A stretch of DNA of 64,000 nucleotides, taken from contig CALNYG010000005.1 of NCBI GenBank assembly GCA_942490825.1, positions 6,240-70,239 on the forward strand, written 5' to 3'. How positions within the stretch are numbered: the stretch's first letter is position 1; each line of letters starts with the position of its first letter. Source of the DNA: Candidatus Moraniibacteriota bacterium. Lineage in GTDB: Bacteria; Patescibacteriota; Minisyncoccia; Moranbacterales; GCA-2747515. This document shows positions 17,049-30,396 of the stretch, in pieces. Under the pieces are notes generated by a model that was not told the origin of the DNA, did no database searches, and saw nothing but the letters and a program-made list of their open reading frames with translations. The position numbers and the translations under genes are program-made.

Positions 17049-18639
17049 ATTCCCAAGGTTTATTATATCTTCCTAAAAATTTATGTCCTCGATTCTCTAG
17101 TTCAATTGCGGCTAGCTTTGCATCAAAACAATTTACATAACCATCACAAACAGTAACAACTTCACTGTTAGCTGGTATTTGTGAAAAAGCCTTTTCTATT
17201 TCAATACTAGGTGTGTGCATAATTGGAATATTAAAACTACCTTCAATATGACTTTTTTCAAATTTGAATGGCTCTCGACTATCTACTAAAATTTTACCTT
17301 CATTTACTTTCTGTTTAATTTCACTTGTTGTAAAAACTTTTTTATATTTTTCATCATCATACTTTTCTACAAAATCAATATTACCATTCCAGCTACCACC
17401 AAAATCAACCCATCCGCTAGCACCATTCTCTAGATAAAATGAAACGATCTTTTTTGTTCGTAAAAACTCCGTCACTTCTTTTCCTCTAATTCCTGACCAA
17501 CAAAGTACATAAACATATTTATCTTTTGGCACTTCTATCCACCTCCCCGCTTTCAAATCTGCAAAACGAATATGAACACTATCATTAAAATGACCATTTT
17601 CGTACTCAATATTTTCTCTAGCATCTAAAATTATATAATCGTCTCTGCCACCATTCGTAATATTTTTAAAATCTTGATTGGTAATCATTATATTTCTTTC
17701 TTTATTAACATTAAAAAAAGAATATTCTTGATCAATCACTTTTTCACTAGAAGACATATCAATTTTTTTCTCTTTAATCAAGCCTTCAGTTAAAATTTTA
17801 ACTTCAGATTTTTCTATTTTAACGGGAGCATCATTTTGAATTTTTAATGTCATAAGTACACCATATCGAGTAAATTTATCACCTTCATGTAAAGTTAACT
17901 CAATAGATGATTTTTCATTGTCTATTCGAACTAATTTATTTAATGTAATTTTATCTACACTTTCATACCAATTTTGAAAAGTGCTAAAATCAACACTTTG
18001 CTTAGACATGCTATAAGCTTCTTGCAAATTTTGTATAGCAATATTTTTATAATACTTATTAATAAAATTTGATACTAAGTCATCACTTTCAATTTTTGAA
18101 ACAAATTTCTCAGAAGATATGTCAATATTTATATTTTCATTATCTCCAATATTTAATTTATCATTTTTGTCCAATGATATCTCATATTGATAAGCCTCTA
18201 ATTCTTCATCATTAAATTTTTCTAAATTTTCATCAGATTCACTATCTATAAATATCTCATGTTTTTTACTCTCCTCAAGCCATTTTTCATATTCTCCTTT
18301 CTGTTTATTATGTGCATAAAGATATGAAATTATTAAAGAAATAATGATGATAAAAACAAATATTACAGAGATTGTTATTTTTGGATACTTCAATAAATAA
18401 AATTTCTGTTTAAAAAACTGATACATCGCTCCAAAAAATGCAATAAAAAACATTGCAATAATTGAAAAAAATTGAGCAACCTGAGCACCTATACTAAATA
18501 TAAAATCTGGTGGAATCACCGCGTTAGTTATTTTTGTGTTAAAAATGAAAAAGATGATACAAAAATATAGTAGTATTCCTTTAATCTTTGTATTTTTTGT
18601 TTTTTTGTTTATGATTCTTTTTTTGAATATATTTGGCAT
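17038..18639 (-). CDS. Membrane protein with tandem C-terminal rhodanese domains
   Basis: N-terminal TM segments are followed by two rhodanese-like modules (ILDARENIEYENGHF...LCWSGIRG and LVDSREPFKFEKSHIEGSFNIP...VCDGYVNC). The ATG is at 18639, and the ORF stays open to a TTG at 18663. It overlaps the downstream gene by 11 nt. Confidence 0.7.
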   Translation of the reverse strand: MPNIFKKRIINKKTKNTKIKGILLYFCIIFFIFNTKITNAVIPPDFIFSIGAQVAQFFSIIAMFFIAFFGAMYQFFKQKFYLLKYPKITISVIFVFIIIISLIISYLYAHNKQKGEYEKWLEESKKHEIFIDSESDENLEKFNDEELEAYQYEISLDKNDKLNIGDNENINIDISSEKFVSKIESDDLVSNFINKYYKNIAIQNLQEAYSMSKQSVDFSTFQNWYESVDKITLNKLVRIDNEKSSIELTLHEGDKFTRYGVLMTLKIQNDAPVKIEKSEVKILTEGLIKEKKIDMSSSEKVIDQEYSFFNVNKERNIMITNQDFKNITNGGRDDYIILDARENIEYENGHFNDSVHIRFADLKAGRWIEVPKDKYVYVLCWSGIRGKEVTEFLRTKKIVSFYLENGASGWVDFGGSWNGNIDFVEKYDDEKYKKVFTTSEIKQKVNEGKILVDSREPFKFEKSHIEGSFNIPIMHTPSIEIEKAFSQIPANSEVVTVCDGYVNCFDAKLAAIELENRGHKFLGRYNKPWEYEK

Positions 18640-18749
18640 GAGTTTTTTGTAAAAATTAAACAAGGGATAATGACCTCCTGTTCATGAAATTATAAATTAA
18701 CTGATGTTTTTATTTTACAATTTTTAGAGAAATAAAGCGAATTTAAAAC

Positions 18750-18775
18750 CAAAAAAAAGCGTGATTAATCACGCT
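18750..18775 (-). terminator. Terminator after 5S rRNA
   Basis: agcgtga / tcacgct hairpin followed, on the minus strand, by T8. Confidence 0.6.
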
Positions 18776-18820
18776 TAAATAAAAGAAAAAAACACTTTAT
18801 TTAAAAGTTAGATACACAAT

Positions 18821-18930
18821 GTCTAGCACTGACCTACTCTCACCAAAAAAGGCTACCATCGGCGCTAAAGAGCTTAACTACTGAGTTCGGTATGGGATCA
18901 GGTGTAACATCTTTGCTAGAAACACTAGAC
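18821..18930 (-). rRNA. rrf: 5S ribosomal RNA
   Basis: The reverse complement contains CCCATACCGAACTCAGTAGTTAAGC and GCGCCGATGGTAG, with terminal helix I pairing (GTCTAG.../...CTAGAC). Confidence 0.9.
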
Positions 18931-19047
18931 ATTCTACATCCAACACAAAATTAAATAAAGCGTTTTAAAAAATTACAAGATAGTTATAATGCTATTTTCA
19001 TCAAATTTTCCTAAAATGTCAATTCTAAAAAGACAAATAAAAGAAAA

Positions 19048-22203
<3,156 letters not shown>

Positions 22204-22629
22204 TCTTTCTTCTACTTGAATTAAAAAAGAATTGACAATTAAGAAAAACTTGATTGCATTTCAATTTCTAATTACGTTATTTTATATTTTTAGATAAATG
22301 AATGAAAATTGCATTATTATACCAAAACTAATCAACTACTCTTATTCTTAAAATAAAGTATAAGAGGTTTTTTAGTAATGGTATTACCTATCTTGTAAAT
22401 TATACTCGAAAATATTTTCCGCAGAAATAAATCTTGAATAAATTCTGTATAACTTACTAACAAATTTTTAAAGTTCGTAATTGTGCGGAAATAATTATTT
22501 TAAATTATTTAAAATAATTATTTACTCACAATTTTTAAGGCAATAAAAAAACAAGGACTTAGCCACTATCCTAGTTTAACTGCTTTTTCTACGAAAGTCA
22601 AATTGAATCTCTCTCAAAGCAATATTACT

Positions 22630-22657
22630 AATATATCAGATTATAAATTCTTGTCAA
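22630..22657 (-). promoter_or_regulatory. Candidate promoter for the 23S-5S operon
   Basis: On the minus strand, TTGACA (22657-22652) is followed by a 16-nt spacer and TATATT (22635-22630), about 430 nt upstream of the mature 23S 5' end. Confidence 0.3.
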
Positions 22658-22884
22658 GTTTTTATAAATTAATATAACAATATCTAAAGATTTTTATGTC
22701 TCATATTAAATTTTATAGCCTTTTTATTTTTTAAAATATCTTCATTTTTTAAAAATCTTTATCTTTTTTTAAGCTGAAAGTTATAAAATACAATAGGGAT
22801 TTTATAAATTATTTTAAAGTATTTTCTTCTGTTTCAATGAATTCTTTAAAAAAATCTATCTTTTTTCTGCCTATATCTTGTATT

Positions 22885-23844
22885 TTAATTATTATACATC
22901 AAATTTCCTTCAAACATAATACCAGGACCATTTAGTTCTAAAGAATTATTATATTCCACGCTAAATGCACTAGAAAATTGACTGGAACTATTTTGAAATT
23001 TTTTATTTACCTCCCCTAGTCCATAATTAACAACATTAGATATTGCTGACATTGTGAATGCTTGAATTAAAGTTGAAAAGGCCTCTGAGTCACTATTAGC
23101 AATTGCGTCTAATGGTAAAGTCACTCCTTTAATTTGCAGTTCTGCAACCACTCCTGCTGGCAAAGTTATATTACCATCTGAATCTGTTATAGGTAAAAAC
23201 CCCCCGTTAGACGATTGTGCTACACCTTGTGCAGTTAATTGGAGCTCAGCAGTTGTTTCTGCTAAATGCCTCTCAGTAGCCATTGCTAAGCCTACTGGGG
23301 TATTGAGCGGGTTATTCATCATCGTCTCAAAACAATCCCAGTTACCCTGACTAAATAAACCCTCTAATGGATCGCATATATCCATAATATCAACCTCAGC
23401 TTGAACATTACCGTCAATCACAACTTGACCAATATTTGATAAATATTGAGGATAAGAAAGATTAACACCTTCAGCACTTGCATCAACATTTGCAGAAATA
23501 TAGTTTCCTGAAGTTTGGCCTTTTAATGTTGTTGTTAAAAAACCTTCAGTTGATACTTGAGCCTGAACATAAGGTTCTTCAATTAAAAAATCTCTGTAAT
23601 TTGTGATATATTTTGGCGAATTACTTCCATTTGCTAACGATGATTGAATGGTGTTCTGTATTTGTTTAATTGCCGCCATCTTTGCCGCTGCATTAATTGC
23701 AATTCTTAGCTCTATTCTAATTTCCCTACTTACCTCTATCGCAATATCACTAGCCACATTTGACCATACACCAGCATCTACATTCTTTGTGTTTATATTA
23801 AACACAAAGAATAAAAATAAAATAAATAAAATATTTTTCTTCAT
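22885..23844 (-). CDS. Secreted hypothetical protein
   Basis: 319 aa with an N-terminal signal peptide (MKKNILFILFLFFVFNINTKNVDA). No family recognised. Confidence 0.6.
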   Translation of the reverse strand: MKKNILFILFLFFVFNINTKNVDAGVWSNVASDIAIEVSREIRIELRIAINAAAKMAAIKQIQNTIQSSLANGSNSPKYITNYRDFLIEEPYVQAQVSTEGFLTTTLKGQTSGNYISANVDASAEGVNLSYPQYLSNIGQVVIDGNVQAEVDIMDICDPLEGLFSQGNWDCFETMMNNPLNTPVGLAMATERHLAETTAELQLTAQGVAQSSNGGFLPITDSDGNITLPAGVVAELQIKGVTLPLDAIANSDSEAFSTLIQAFTMSAISNVVNYGLGEVNKKFQNSSSQFSSAFSVEYNNSLELNGPGIMFEGNLMYNN

Positions 23845-23848
23845 AGAG

Positions 23849-24856
23849 CTATAAGTTTAGAAATGATCCCTCAATCTCATATTCATTCATAACAGTATTA
23901 ACATTATTTAAAAAATTATCAGATAATTCTAATAATCCCTGCAACTTAGTTAAAGTTACAATCATAGACATTGCATCACTATCTGTATTTTTATATTCTT
24001 TACCGGCGTAAATGCTTTCTATATAACGTAAAATATATAGTCCTTGAAAATGCAATTCCGCTAATTCTTCTGGAACTTCTACGTCTTGCATTTCCTCCTC
24101 AGCTTTTATAGCGTTATCTGCTAAATCTTCAAAAAATTTTGTATTATTTAAATCAGAAGAAAAAACCTTCGAATTTGCCAAAACTTCTACTCCGAATTCT
24201 TCTGCTGATTTATTAAAAAAACCGTCAGGAAAATTTGTCATAAAAACATATGAAATTGCCGTAAAGTATTCGATTGCATCTTCCTTTTCTTTAGCTTTTC
24301 TTTTCTCTTTAGATAATTTTGTATAATCTTGCTCCTTAACATTAATCTCTGACAAATTAATTTCTATATTTTCAAAAGATACAGACTCATTTACAGAACT
24401 TGAAACCAGATCTGTAATATCTTCAGTTGAAATTTCTTCTTCACCCTCTTCTTGAGCATCACCAATATAGTCTACTAATTCTTTTGATAGTTTTTGTGTA
24501 AGATTTTTATCATCTATTGCTGCTGAATCAATTTCCATTTTACTTTCTTCATTATCAACAATCCGATCCCCTGGTGCAGGAATTAATGGATCATAACCAC
24601 TCTCTATTTCAACACCATCTGAATAACCGTCTCCGTCTGAGTCTCTATTGTTTATATCTGTTCCAAAAGATTCTTCTTCGCTATTACTTAATCCATCACC
24701 ATCAAAATCTTCAAACACACTCTTTTTCATTTCTCCATTATCGTCTGCTAAAGAGAAAAAACTTAAAGACGCTACAGTCAAAATAACTGCAACAATAAAA
24801 ATGTATAAATTAGTTTTATTTTTTTTATTTTGTTTCATAGAATAAATAAAGATCAT
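23849..24856 (-). CDS. Secreted acidic protein with calcium-binding Asp-rich repeats
   Basis: N-terminal TM/signal segment. DFDGDGLSNSEEESFGTDINNRDSDGDGYSDGVE resembles thrombospondin type-3-like DxDxDG repeats. It lies 4 nt from the downstream gene. Confidence 0.6.
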   Translation of the reverse strand: MIFIYSMKQNKKNKTNLYIFIVAVILTVASLSFFSLADDNGEMKKSVFEDFDGDGLSNSEEESFGTDINNRDSDGDGYSDGVEIESGYDPLIPAPGDRIVDNEESKMEIDSAAIDDKNLTQKLSKELVDYIGDAQEEGEEEISTEDITDLVSSSVNESVSFENIEINLSEINVKEQDYTKLSKEKRKAKEKEDAIEYFTAISYVFMTNFPDGFFNKSAEEFGVEVLANSKVFSSDLNNTKFFEDLADNAIKAEEEMQDVEVPEELAELHFQGLYILRYIESIYAGKEYKNTDSDAMSMIVTLTKLQGLLELSDNFLNNVNTVMNEYEIEGSFLNL

Positions 24857-25067
24857 TCATCTGTTAAAAATTATACCACACAAAAAAGTTAAAGTTAAAC
24901 TAGAAAATATTCTAAAAACAACTATAATTTTTTATATAGAATACAAATGAAAGATATTAAAAGCTAATTTTAAAAATAAAATATTATTCGCCTCTTCCTA
25001 ATAATTATTTATTAGCCATTCTACTTGTCTAAAAGTCTAATTTAGTATAACTTAAATATAAGGAGAA

Positions 25068-25140
25068 GTTCCCATAGTTCAATTGGATAGAACAAGTCCC
25101 TCCTAAGGATTAGATCCAGGTTCGACTCCTGGTGGGAGCA
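25068..25140 (+). tRNA. tRNA-Arg (anticodon CCT)
   Basis: The cloverleaf folds by hand: acceptor GTTCCCA/TGGGAGC, D stem GTTC/GAAC, anticodon loop CT-CCT-AA, T arm CCAGG-TTCGACT-CCTGG. No CCA is encoded. Confidence 0.85.
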
Positions 25141-25155
25141 CAAGAATTAATTTTC

Positions 25156-25184
25156 AACCTGCCTGCCGAATAGGCAGGTTTTCA
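25156..25184 (+). terminator. Terminator after tRNA-Arg
   Basis: cctgcc / ggcagg stem followed by TTTT. Confidence 0.55.
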
Positions 25185-25270
25185 AGTAAAATTTGTAGAA
25201 CCATAAATAATTTAAAACCTAATCAAAACTAGTGACCAGTTACTGATTACTAGTTACTAAACTAAAACAT

Positions 25271-25606
25271 ATGTCCGAAAGAATAAGAAAAGTAAATTCA
25301 CTGCTATTTCATGAATTATCTGCTTTAATAAATAAAGATGTTGACTTTAAAAATGGAGTATTTATCACAATCTCTAGAGTTGACACGACTCCTGATCTAC
25401 GATATTCTAACATATTCGTTAAAGTATTTCCGAATAAAGAAAATAATTACGGAATCAAAACATTAGAACATGAAAGAAATCATTTACAAAAAATTCTCCA
25501 CAAAAAATTACATTTAAAAATTCTACCAAAAATAAGCTTTCACGAAGATTTGACTGGAGAAACTTTTGATAATTTAGAAAGAATTCTTTTTGAAGAAGGT
25601 GAATAA
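25271..25606 (+). CDS. rbfA: Ribosome-binding factor A
   Basis: 111 aa. RIRKVNSLLFHELSALI...ITISRVDTTPDLRYSNIFV matches the RbfA KH-like fold signature. Confidence 0.85.
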   Translation: MSERIRKVNSLLFHELSALINKDVDFKNGVFITISRVDTTPDLRYSNIFVKVFPNKENNYGIKTLEHERNHLQKILHKKLHLKILPKISFHEDLTGETFDNLERILFEEGE

Positions 25607-25698
25607 ATATTTAAAAATATATTAAAATAAAAGATAATTTTTTGAAAAAATAAAAACTCCTAGAAAGATTTAATAAACTTCATCAGAATCCAAATACC

Positions 25699-26676
25699 AT
25701 GCAAGCCACTGATCAATTTTACAAAGAGTTTCACTCACTAGATTACGTCTTAAAAAAAGCTAAAAGCATATTAATTATTTCTCATACTTTTCCTGATCCA
25801 GATACTGCAGGAAGTGCTGTTGCTTTATCAGAATTTTTAAAAAGTCATTACGAAAAAGAATCAACTTTAGCTTGCTTTGACGATTTTCCAGAATTTTTAA
25901 AACCGCTTCTTGGCAATGTTAAATTTAATCATCCAGAAGAAATCGATTTAAAAAAATTTGATGTTGTGATTGGTTGTGATAGTGTTGGACGTGGCATGGA
26001 CAGAATAGCAAATGATCTTTCAAAAAATTGCATCACTGTTGCTATTGATCATCATCCTGATATCGATCTTGAAACTGATATTAAAATAATTGATCCTAAT
26101 TACGCTGCTACCTGCGAGGCACTTTATGATTTCTTTAATTATCTTCGGGGAAAAATAAATAAAAATATCGCCACTGCCCTACTAACTGGAATCGTAGGAG
26201 ATACTGGTGCTTTTCAGCATTCAAATACTTCCGCTCATGTACTAGCAATCTCTTCGGAATTAGTTAACGCTGGGGCACCGATCGCAAAAATTATTGATCA
26301 CACTTTTGCTAACAAAAAAATTGACACTTTAAAATTTTGGGGCAAGGCCATTGAAAAAACTAAGTTTTTTACTGAAAGTGGATTAGCGGTCACTGCCATT
26401 ACTCAAGAAGATATTAATTCTCAGGGAGTGGCACCTGAAAGCACCAGTGACATCGCTAACATATTAACAACTATTCCTGGAATTAAAGTGGCTGTGATTA
26501 TTTCTCAAATTACACCCGATACTATCAAAGGAAGTTTACGCACCGAAAAACATGCTAATATAAATGTTTCTAAAATTGCTCAAACTTTAGGTGGAGGCGG
26601 TCATAAATTAGCTAGCGGATTTGAAATGCCAGGTAGAATAATTATTTCAGAGAATGGTAATTGGGAGATTGTTTAA
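25699..26676 (+). CDS. DHH/DHHA1 phosphoesterase (NrnA-like)
   Basis: 325 aa. Motifs ISHTFPDPDTAGSA, DHHPD and GGGGHKLASG. Confidence 0.8.
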   Translation: MQATDQFYKEFHSLDYVLKKAKSILIISHTFPDPDTAGSAVALSEFLKSHYEKESTLACFDDFPEFLKPLLGNVKFNHPEEIDLKKFDVVIGCDSVGRGMDRIANDLSKNCITVAIDHHPDIDLETDIKIIDPNYAATCEALYDFFNYLRGKINKNIATALLTGIVGDTGAFQHSNTSAHVLAISSELVNAGAPIAKIIDHTFANKKIDTLKFWGKAIEKTKFFTESGLAVTAITQEDINSQGVAPESTSDIANILTTIPGIKVAVIISQITPDTIKGSLRTEKHANINVSKIAQTLGGGGHKLASGFEMPGRIIISENGNWEIV

Positions 26677-26698
26677 TTTTGTTTGAAGAAGAATTCGA

Positions 26699-26715
26699 GT
26701 GCTCGCCGCACGGGC
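26699..26715 (+). repeat. GC-rich 17-mer, copy 4
   Basis: Exact GTGCTCGCCGCACGGGC followed by TTTTT, 23 nt after the stop of the DHH gene. Confidence 0.9.
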
Positions 26716-26756
26716 TTTTTACCATTTAACATTTTTCGAAATTCCAAAACTTACCT

Positions 26757-27044
26757 GTCATTCTGAACGTATTAAATTTATCGCAGATAAATTTATGAAG
26801 TGAAGAATCCCCTACAGAGAATCACAAAACCCTAAGTCATGTCATCCTTAAAAATTATTTTGTAATGAAATGGAAAAATAATTTATCCCCCAGGGGATCT
26901 TCTCTTGCTACGCAATTCACCTTGATTCAGGATCTCAGATTAAAGTTAAATTGAAAGCTTATCGCTAATCTTAAAGTTTCTTAGATTCCGGATAATTTTT
27001 TAAATTTTTCTGCAAAAAACCTAAAAAATTTCCGGAATGACATG
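26757..27044. repeat. Composite of nested-palindrome modules (one half module plus a full element in reverse orientation)
   Basis: It starts with TGTCAT-TCTGAACGT...GAAGTGAAGA-ATCC. A full element then runs from CATGTCATCC at 26838 to TTCCGGAATGACATG at 27044. Its reverse complement shares CATGTCATTCCGGAAA...TTATCCGGAATCTA(A/G)GAAACTTTAAGATTA with the element at 572. Confidence 0.7.
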
Positions 27045-27179
27045 TCTAAATAATCTCGAAAAATCTAATCATCTAATTGTCTAATAATCTACCTGTTTAG
27101 CCATATTGACGCTTTCTTTTTATTTTGGTAATCTTATACTTGTAAGGTTATTTGAAAATTTATTTATTATTTCAGAAAT

Positions 27180-27250
27180 GGTCCGATGGCCGAGTGGTTA
27201 GGCAGAGGTCTGCAAAACCTTGTACGGCGGTTCAAATCCGCCTCGGACCT
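27180..27250 (+). tRNA. tRNA-Cys (anticodon GCA)
   Basis: Acceptor GGTCCGA/TCGGACC, anticodon stem-loop GAGGT-CTGCAAA-ACCTT, T arm GGCGG-TTCAAAT-CCGCC. Confidence 0.85.
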
Positions 27251-27273
27251 CAGGATTTAATTTGAAAATTATT

Positions 27274-27378
27274 TGTCATTTCGACTGGAGAGTAGCGGAA
27301 CGGAGAAATCTCAAAACTTTCAGAAAATCCTAAAAATTGGAATCTCTTGGTTTAGTTAAAATTAAGTTTGGAATGATA
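27274..27378. repeat. Short nested-palindrome family member between two tRNAs
   Basis: TGTCAT-TTCGACTGGAGAGTAGCGGAACGGAGAA-ATCTC...aaacttt...GAATGATA. Confidence 0.55.
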
Positions 27379-27390
27379 TAAATAAAATAT

Positions 27391-27476
27391 GCCTCGGTGG
27401 TGGAATTGGTAGACACGAAGGACTTAAAATCCTTTGCTATTTATATGGCGTGAGAGTTCGAGTCTCTCCCGAGGCA
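27391..27476 (+). tRNA. tRNA-Leu (anticodon TAA), long variable arm
   Basis: Acceptor GCCTCGG/CCGAGGC, anticodon loop CT-TAA-AA, a long variable arm, and T arm GAGAG-TTCGAGT-CTCTC. Confidence 0.85.
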
Positions 27477-27481
27477 CAAAG

Positions 27482-27515
27482 AAAAAACACTCTTCTTAAC
27501 TGGAAGAGTGTTTTT
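27482..27515. terminator. Bidirectional terminator (tRNA-Leu and the RM gene)
   Basis: cactcttc / gaagagtg stem flanked by A6 and T5. Confidence 0.6.
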
Positions 27516-27525
27516 ATTAATCTTT

Positions 27526-30396
27526 TTATTTACCCCAAATAAAATCTAATTTACTTTGAATCTTTTTTTCAAAAATATCTATTATATTATTATTTTGATA
27601 CAATAATATTTCTTCATTTCTTATACTTTCAATGATCTCCTTTTGTTTTTTGATACTAGGCAAAGCAATTTCTAACTCATCTAAATCTCTTGGACTCACG
27701 CCTGATTGTCTTGCTCTCTCAGATAAAGAAATGATATGTTTTTGAACAGAATCTGAAATTAAAAAATAATATAACCAACCTTTTAATAATTTTTTTTCAT
27801 TAGGAATTGTTTTTATTAAAGCTACATTATAAGCACCCTTTTTACCTTTTAATATTTGAAAAACAGGTGGTCCATATCTTCCAATCATTATATCTGTTTC
27901 ATTACATGTCTTATGTCTTTCTTTCATTGGAATATAAACCGCTCTATTGTCAGATTTATAATCTCTAATTTGTAATAATCTTATATAATCTTCTCTGTGT
28001 GAATTTTTAAAAGTAGATTTTGGAGGTTGGGTTCCGCCTTCGTATTTACAAATCTTACCCAATTTGATTTTCTCCCATTTATTATTAATTTCAATATTTG
28101 GTTTATAATTTTTAATTATCTGTCTTGCTCCCTCAATAATTTTACTATAATTATCTAATTCTTTTACAATTTCTTTTTGTACTTTAATTGGTGGAAGGGG
28201 GAATTTAAAATTTTCAATATCCGATAATTTCAAAGATGGATAATTTTGATTAATTGTTAATTTTTTAGAATCCACATTACACAAAATATAAAATAAAAAC
28301 TTTGTTAATATTTTTTCTTCATTTGCTTCAATTGTTGCAAGGTGACTGGATACATACCCATCCACGCCCAAAATTGATCTGTGATTTAAAAAAGTAGAAG
28401 CACCACTCTTTGGAATTAAAATAGTATTTTTAGTAATCAACCTTAGTTTTTCTACTCCTTTTTCATTTAGCTTATCTCTTGACTTTGTTAGACTTGTTGT
28501 TATATGTGAAACCGCAACATCTGAAGTTCTAAAAAATGGATATTTACCATTTTTAAAAAAATCTTGATTCTGTGGAGCTGAATTTCCTGCTCCAACTTTT
28601 GCAATATCAGATATTTTTGTTAGCTTCCATACTACACTTCCATAATCAAACATTTTTTTATAACGACTCCCGACAAGAACTAAATTATTTTTTTTCACTT
28701 CCTCCATATAAATTTTAGAAAACCCTAATTTTAAAAGATCATCTGAATCTTGTTTTTCTGGATTTCTATATTCTAAAAATTTTTGTAAATCATTTTTTCC
28801 TTCTATTTTTGTTCTATGGCTATCCAAACTAAATCCGTCATTTTTAACATCAAAATACCAAAAATATTCTTGTGTCTTTTTCTGCTTAACATTAGTACAA
28901 TATAAAATATTAGTCTTTACACCTGTATATGGAAGAAAAACGCCTTGAGGCAAAGAAATTACGCTCTGCAGAGTGCATCTATCAAGCAAATACTCTCTTG
29001 TTTTTTGTAAATCTTTGCGAAACAAAAAACCCTCAGGTACAACTAAAGCCATCCTTCCATTTTCACTTGTTTTATCAATTGCTTTTATACAATGTTGAAT
29101 ACAAATGCTATCTCCATTCGTACTAGGTAAATCATAATATGATCCATATTCTGTTTTTTGAGAATAAGGCATGTTTGTAATTACAATATCATATCCATTA
29201 TCCTCAGCACCTCCTTCAACTGGATTTTTTAAACTATTTTTTTGTTGTATTCCACTATGTCCATCCCCAATAAGAATCATATTCATTTTAGTAATTCTTG
29301 CTGTGGTTGTAATTTCATTCCCAAATAAAGTATTTTCTTTTAATTGTTTCCAGTTTCTTTTTGTGCGAGCCATGCCACGAGAAACATATTTAAAAGTCTC
29401 AATAAGAGTTCCTCCTGTTCCACAAAAAGGATCATAAATAGTTTCTCCAATTTGAGGATTTAAAAGCTTTACCATCAATTTAACAATATGACGAGGTGTA
29501 AAATATTCACCAAGATCATTTTTTGTTGCTGTTGATTGCTTTAAAAAATATTCAAAAGAATCTCCTTTAATATCAGAATCAATATTAATAAGATTTAAAG
29601 GATCTAACTTTTCAATTATTTTTGTAAGAGTTTCTGGATTTTGTATTGTTAATTCAGTAAAAATATCTTTATCTTCATATAAATCACCAATTTCTGGTAA
29701 GACAATTTTATTTATGTGAGACAATAAATCCTTTCCCATCTTTTCTTTCCAATTACTCCACCTTAGATGTTTATCTAAAATTGTTTTTTCTCCGTTTTTT
29801 TCCTTCAAATCTTCAATTTCACCTATCAATTTTAAGAAAAGAATATTTGAAAATTCTCCAAATCTTTCGATTCCTGCTCTAAAGCCCTCATCTCTTAGTA
29901 AATCATTTGAATCTTCAAAAATTCTTATAAGTTGTTTTCTATCATAAATAACTTCTTCTGAAATCGTATTTACCTCATTATTTTCAATAAATTTTAATAT
30001 CTCAAATTCCCTGATAAGTTCATCAACTTCATCACCATTTAAAATTAATGGTTTATTTATTTTAGTATGTAAAGTTTTATAATAAATTCCATCAGTAGCA
30101 AAAACAATATTAACCCCTAAAATATTAGCATATTCACAACCTTGAATTATTGCTTCATCAAGATTTTCTCCTGGTTTTTTAGTTTCAATAATTGCAATTG
30201 GTTCTTTTATATCACAATCACTTGAATATAAAACGTAGTCGGGTCTTTTACCTTTTAATTTTTTTCTTTCTTCAACTGTTCTTGTAGTCTCTTGAAAAAC
30301 ATTACATTTTTTTCCATTAACAAGATCCCACCCCAGATTTTTAAGTTGTTCATCAACTAAAGTTCTAACACCCTGTTCTGTTTGAAATGTTTTCAT
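27526..30396 (-). CDS. Single-polypeptide restriction-modification enzyme: PD-(D/E)xK nuclease, gamma-class N6-adenine methyltransferase and two target-recognition domains
   Basis: N-terminal RPDYVLY...IAIIETKK (HSDR_N-type nuclease). MTase motifs GEYFTPRHIV, YDPFCGTGG and ITNMPYS. The C-terminal ~370 aa hold two HsdS-like TRDs separated by a conserved spacer. No helicase/ATPase domain. The ATG is at 30396, and the ORF stays open to a TTG at 30414. Confidence 0.8.
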   Translation of the reverse strand: MKTFQTEQGVRTLVDEQLKNLGWDLVNGKKCNVFQETTRTVEERKKLKGKRPDYVLYSSDCDIKEPIAIIETKKPGENLDEAIIQGCEYANILGVNIVFATDGIYYKTLHTKINKPLILNGDEVDELIREFEILKFIENNEVNTISEEVIYDRKQLIRIFEDSNDLLRDEGFRAGIERFGEFSNILFLKLIGEIEDLKEKNGEKTILDKHLRWSNWKEKMGKDLLSHINKIVLPEIGDLYEDKDIFTELTIQNPETLTKIIEKLDPLNLINIDSDIKGDSFEYFLKQSTATKNDLGEYFTPRHIVKLMVKLLNPQIGETIYDPFCGTGGTLIETFKYVSRGMARTKRNWKQLKENTLFGNEITTTARITKMNMILIGDGHSGIQQKNSLKNPVEGGAEDNGYDIVITNMPYSQKTEYGSYYDLPSTNGDSICIQHCIKAIDKTSENGRMALVVPEGFLFRKDLQKTREYLLDRCTLQSVISLPQGVFLPYTGVKTNILYCTNVKQKKTQEYFWYFDVKNDGFSLDSHRTKIEGKNDLQKFLEYRNPEKQDSDDLLKLGFSKIYMEEVKKNNLVLVGSRYKKMFDYGSVVWKLTKISDIAKVGAGNSAPQNQDFFKNGKYPFFRTSDVAVSHITTSLTKSRDKLNEKGVEKLRLITKNTILIPKSGASTFLNHRSILGVDGYVSSHLATIEANEEKILTKFLFYILCNVDSKKLTINQNYPSLKLSDIENFKFPLPPIKVQKEIVKELDNYSKIIEGARQIIKNYKPNIEINNKWEKIKLGKICKYEGGTQPPKSTFKNSHREDYIRLLQIRDYKSDNRAVYIPMKERHKTCNETDIMIGRYGPPVFQILKGKKGAYNVALIKTIPNEKKLLKGWLYYFLISDSVQKHIISLSERARQSGVSPRDLDELEIALPSIKKQKEIIESIRNEEILLYQNNNIIDIFEKKIQSKLDFIWGK

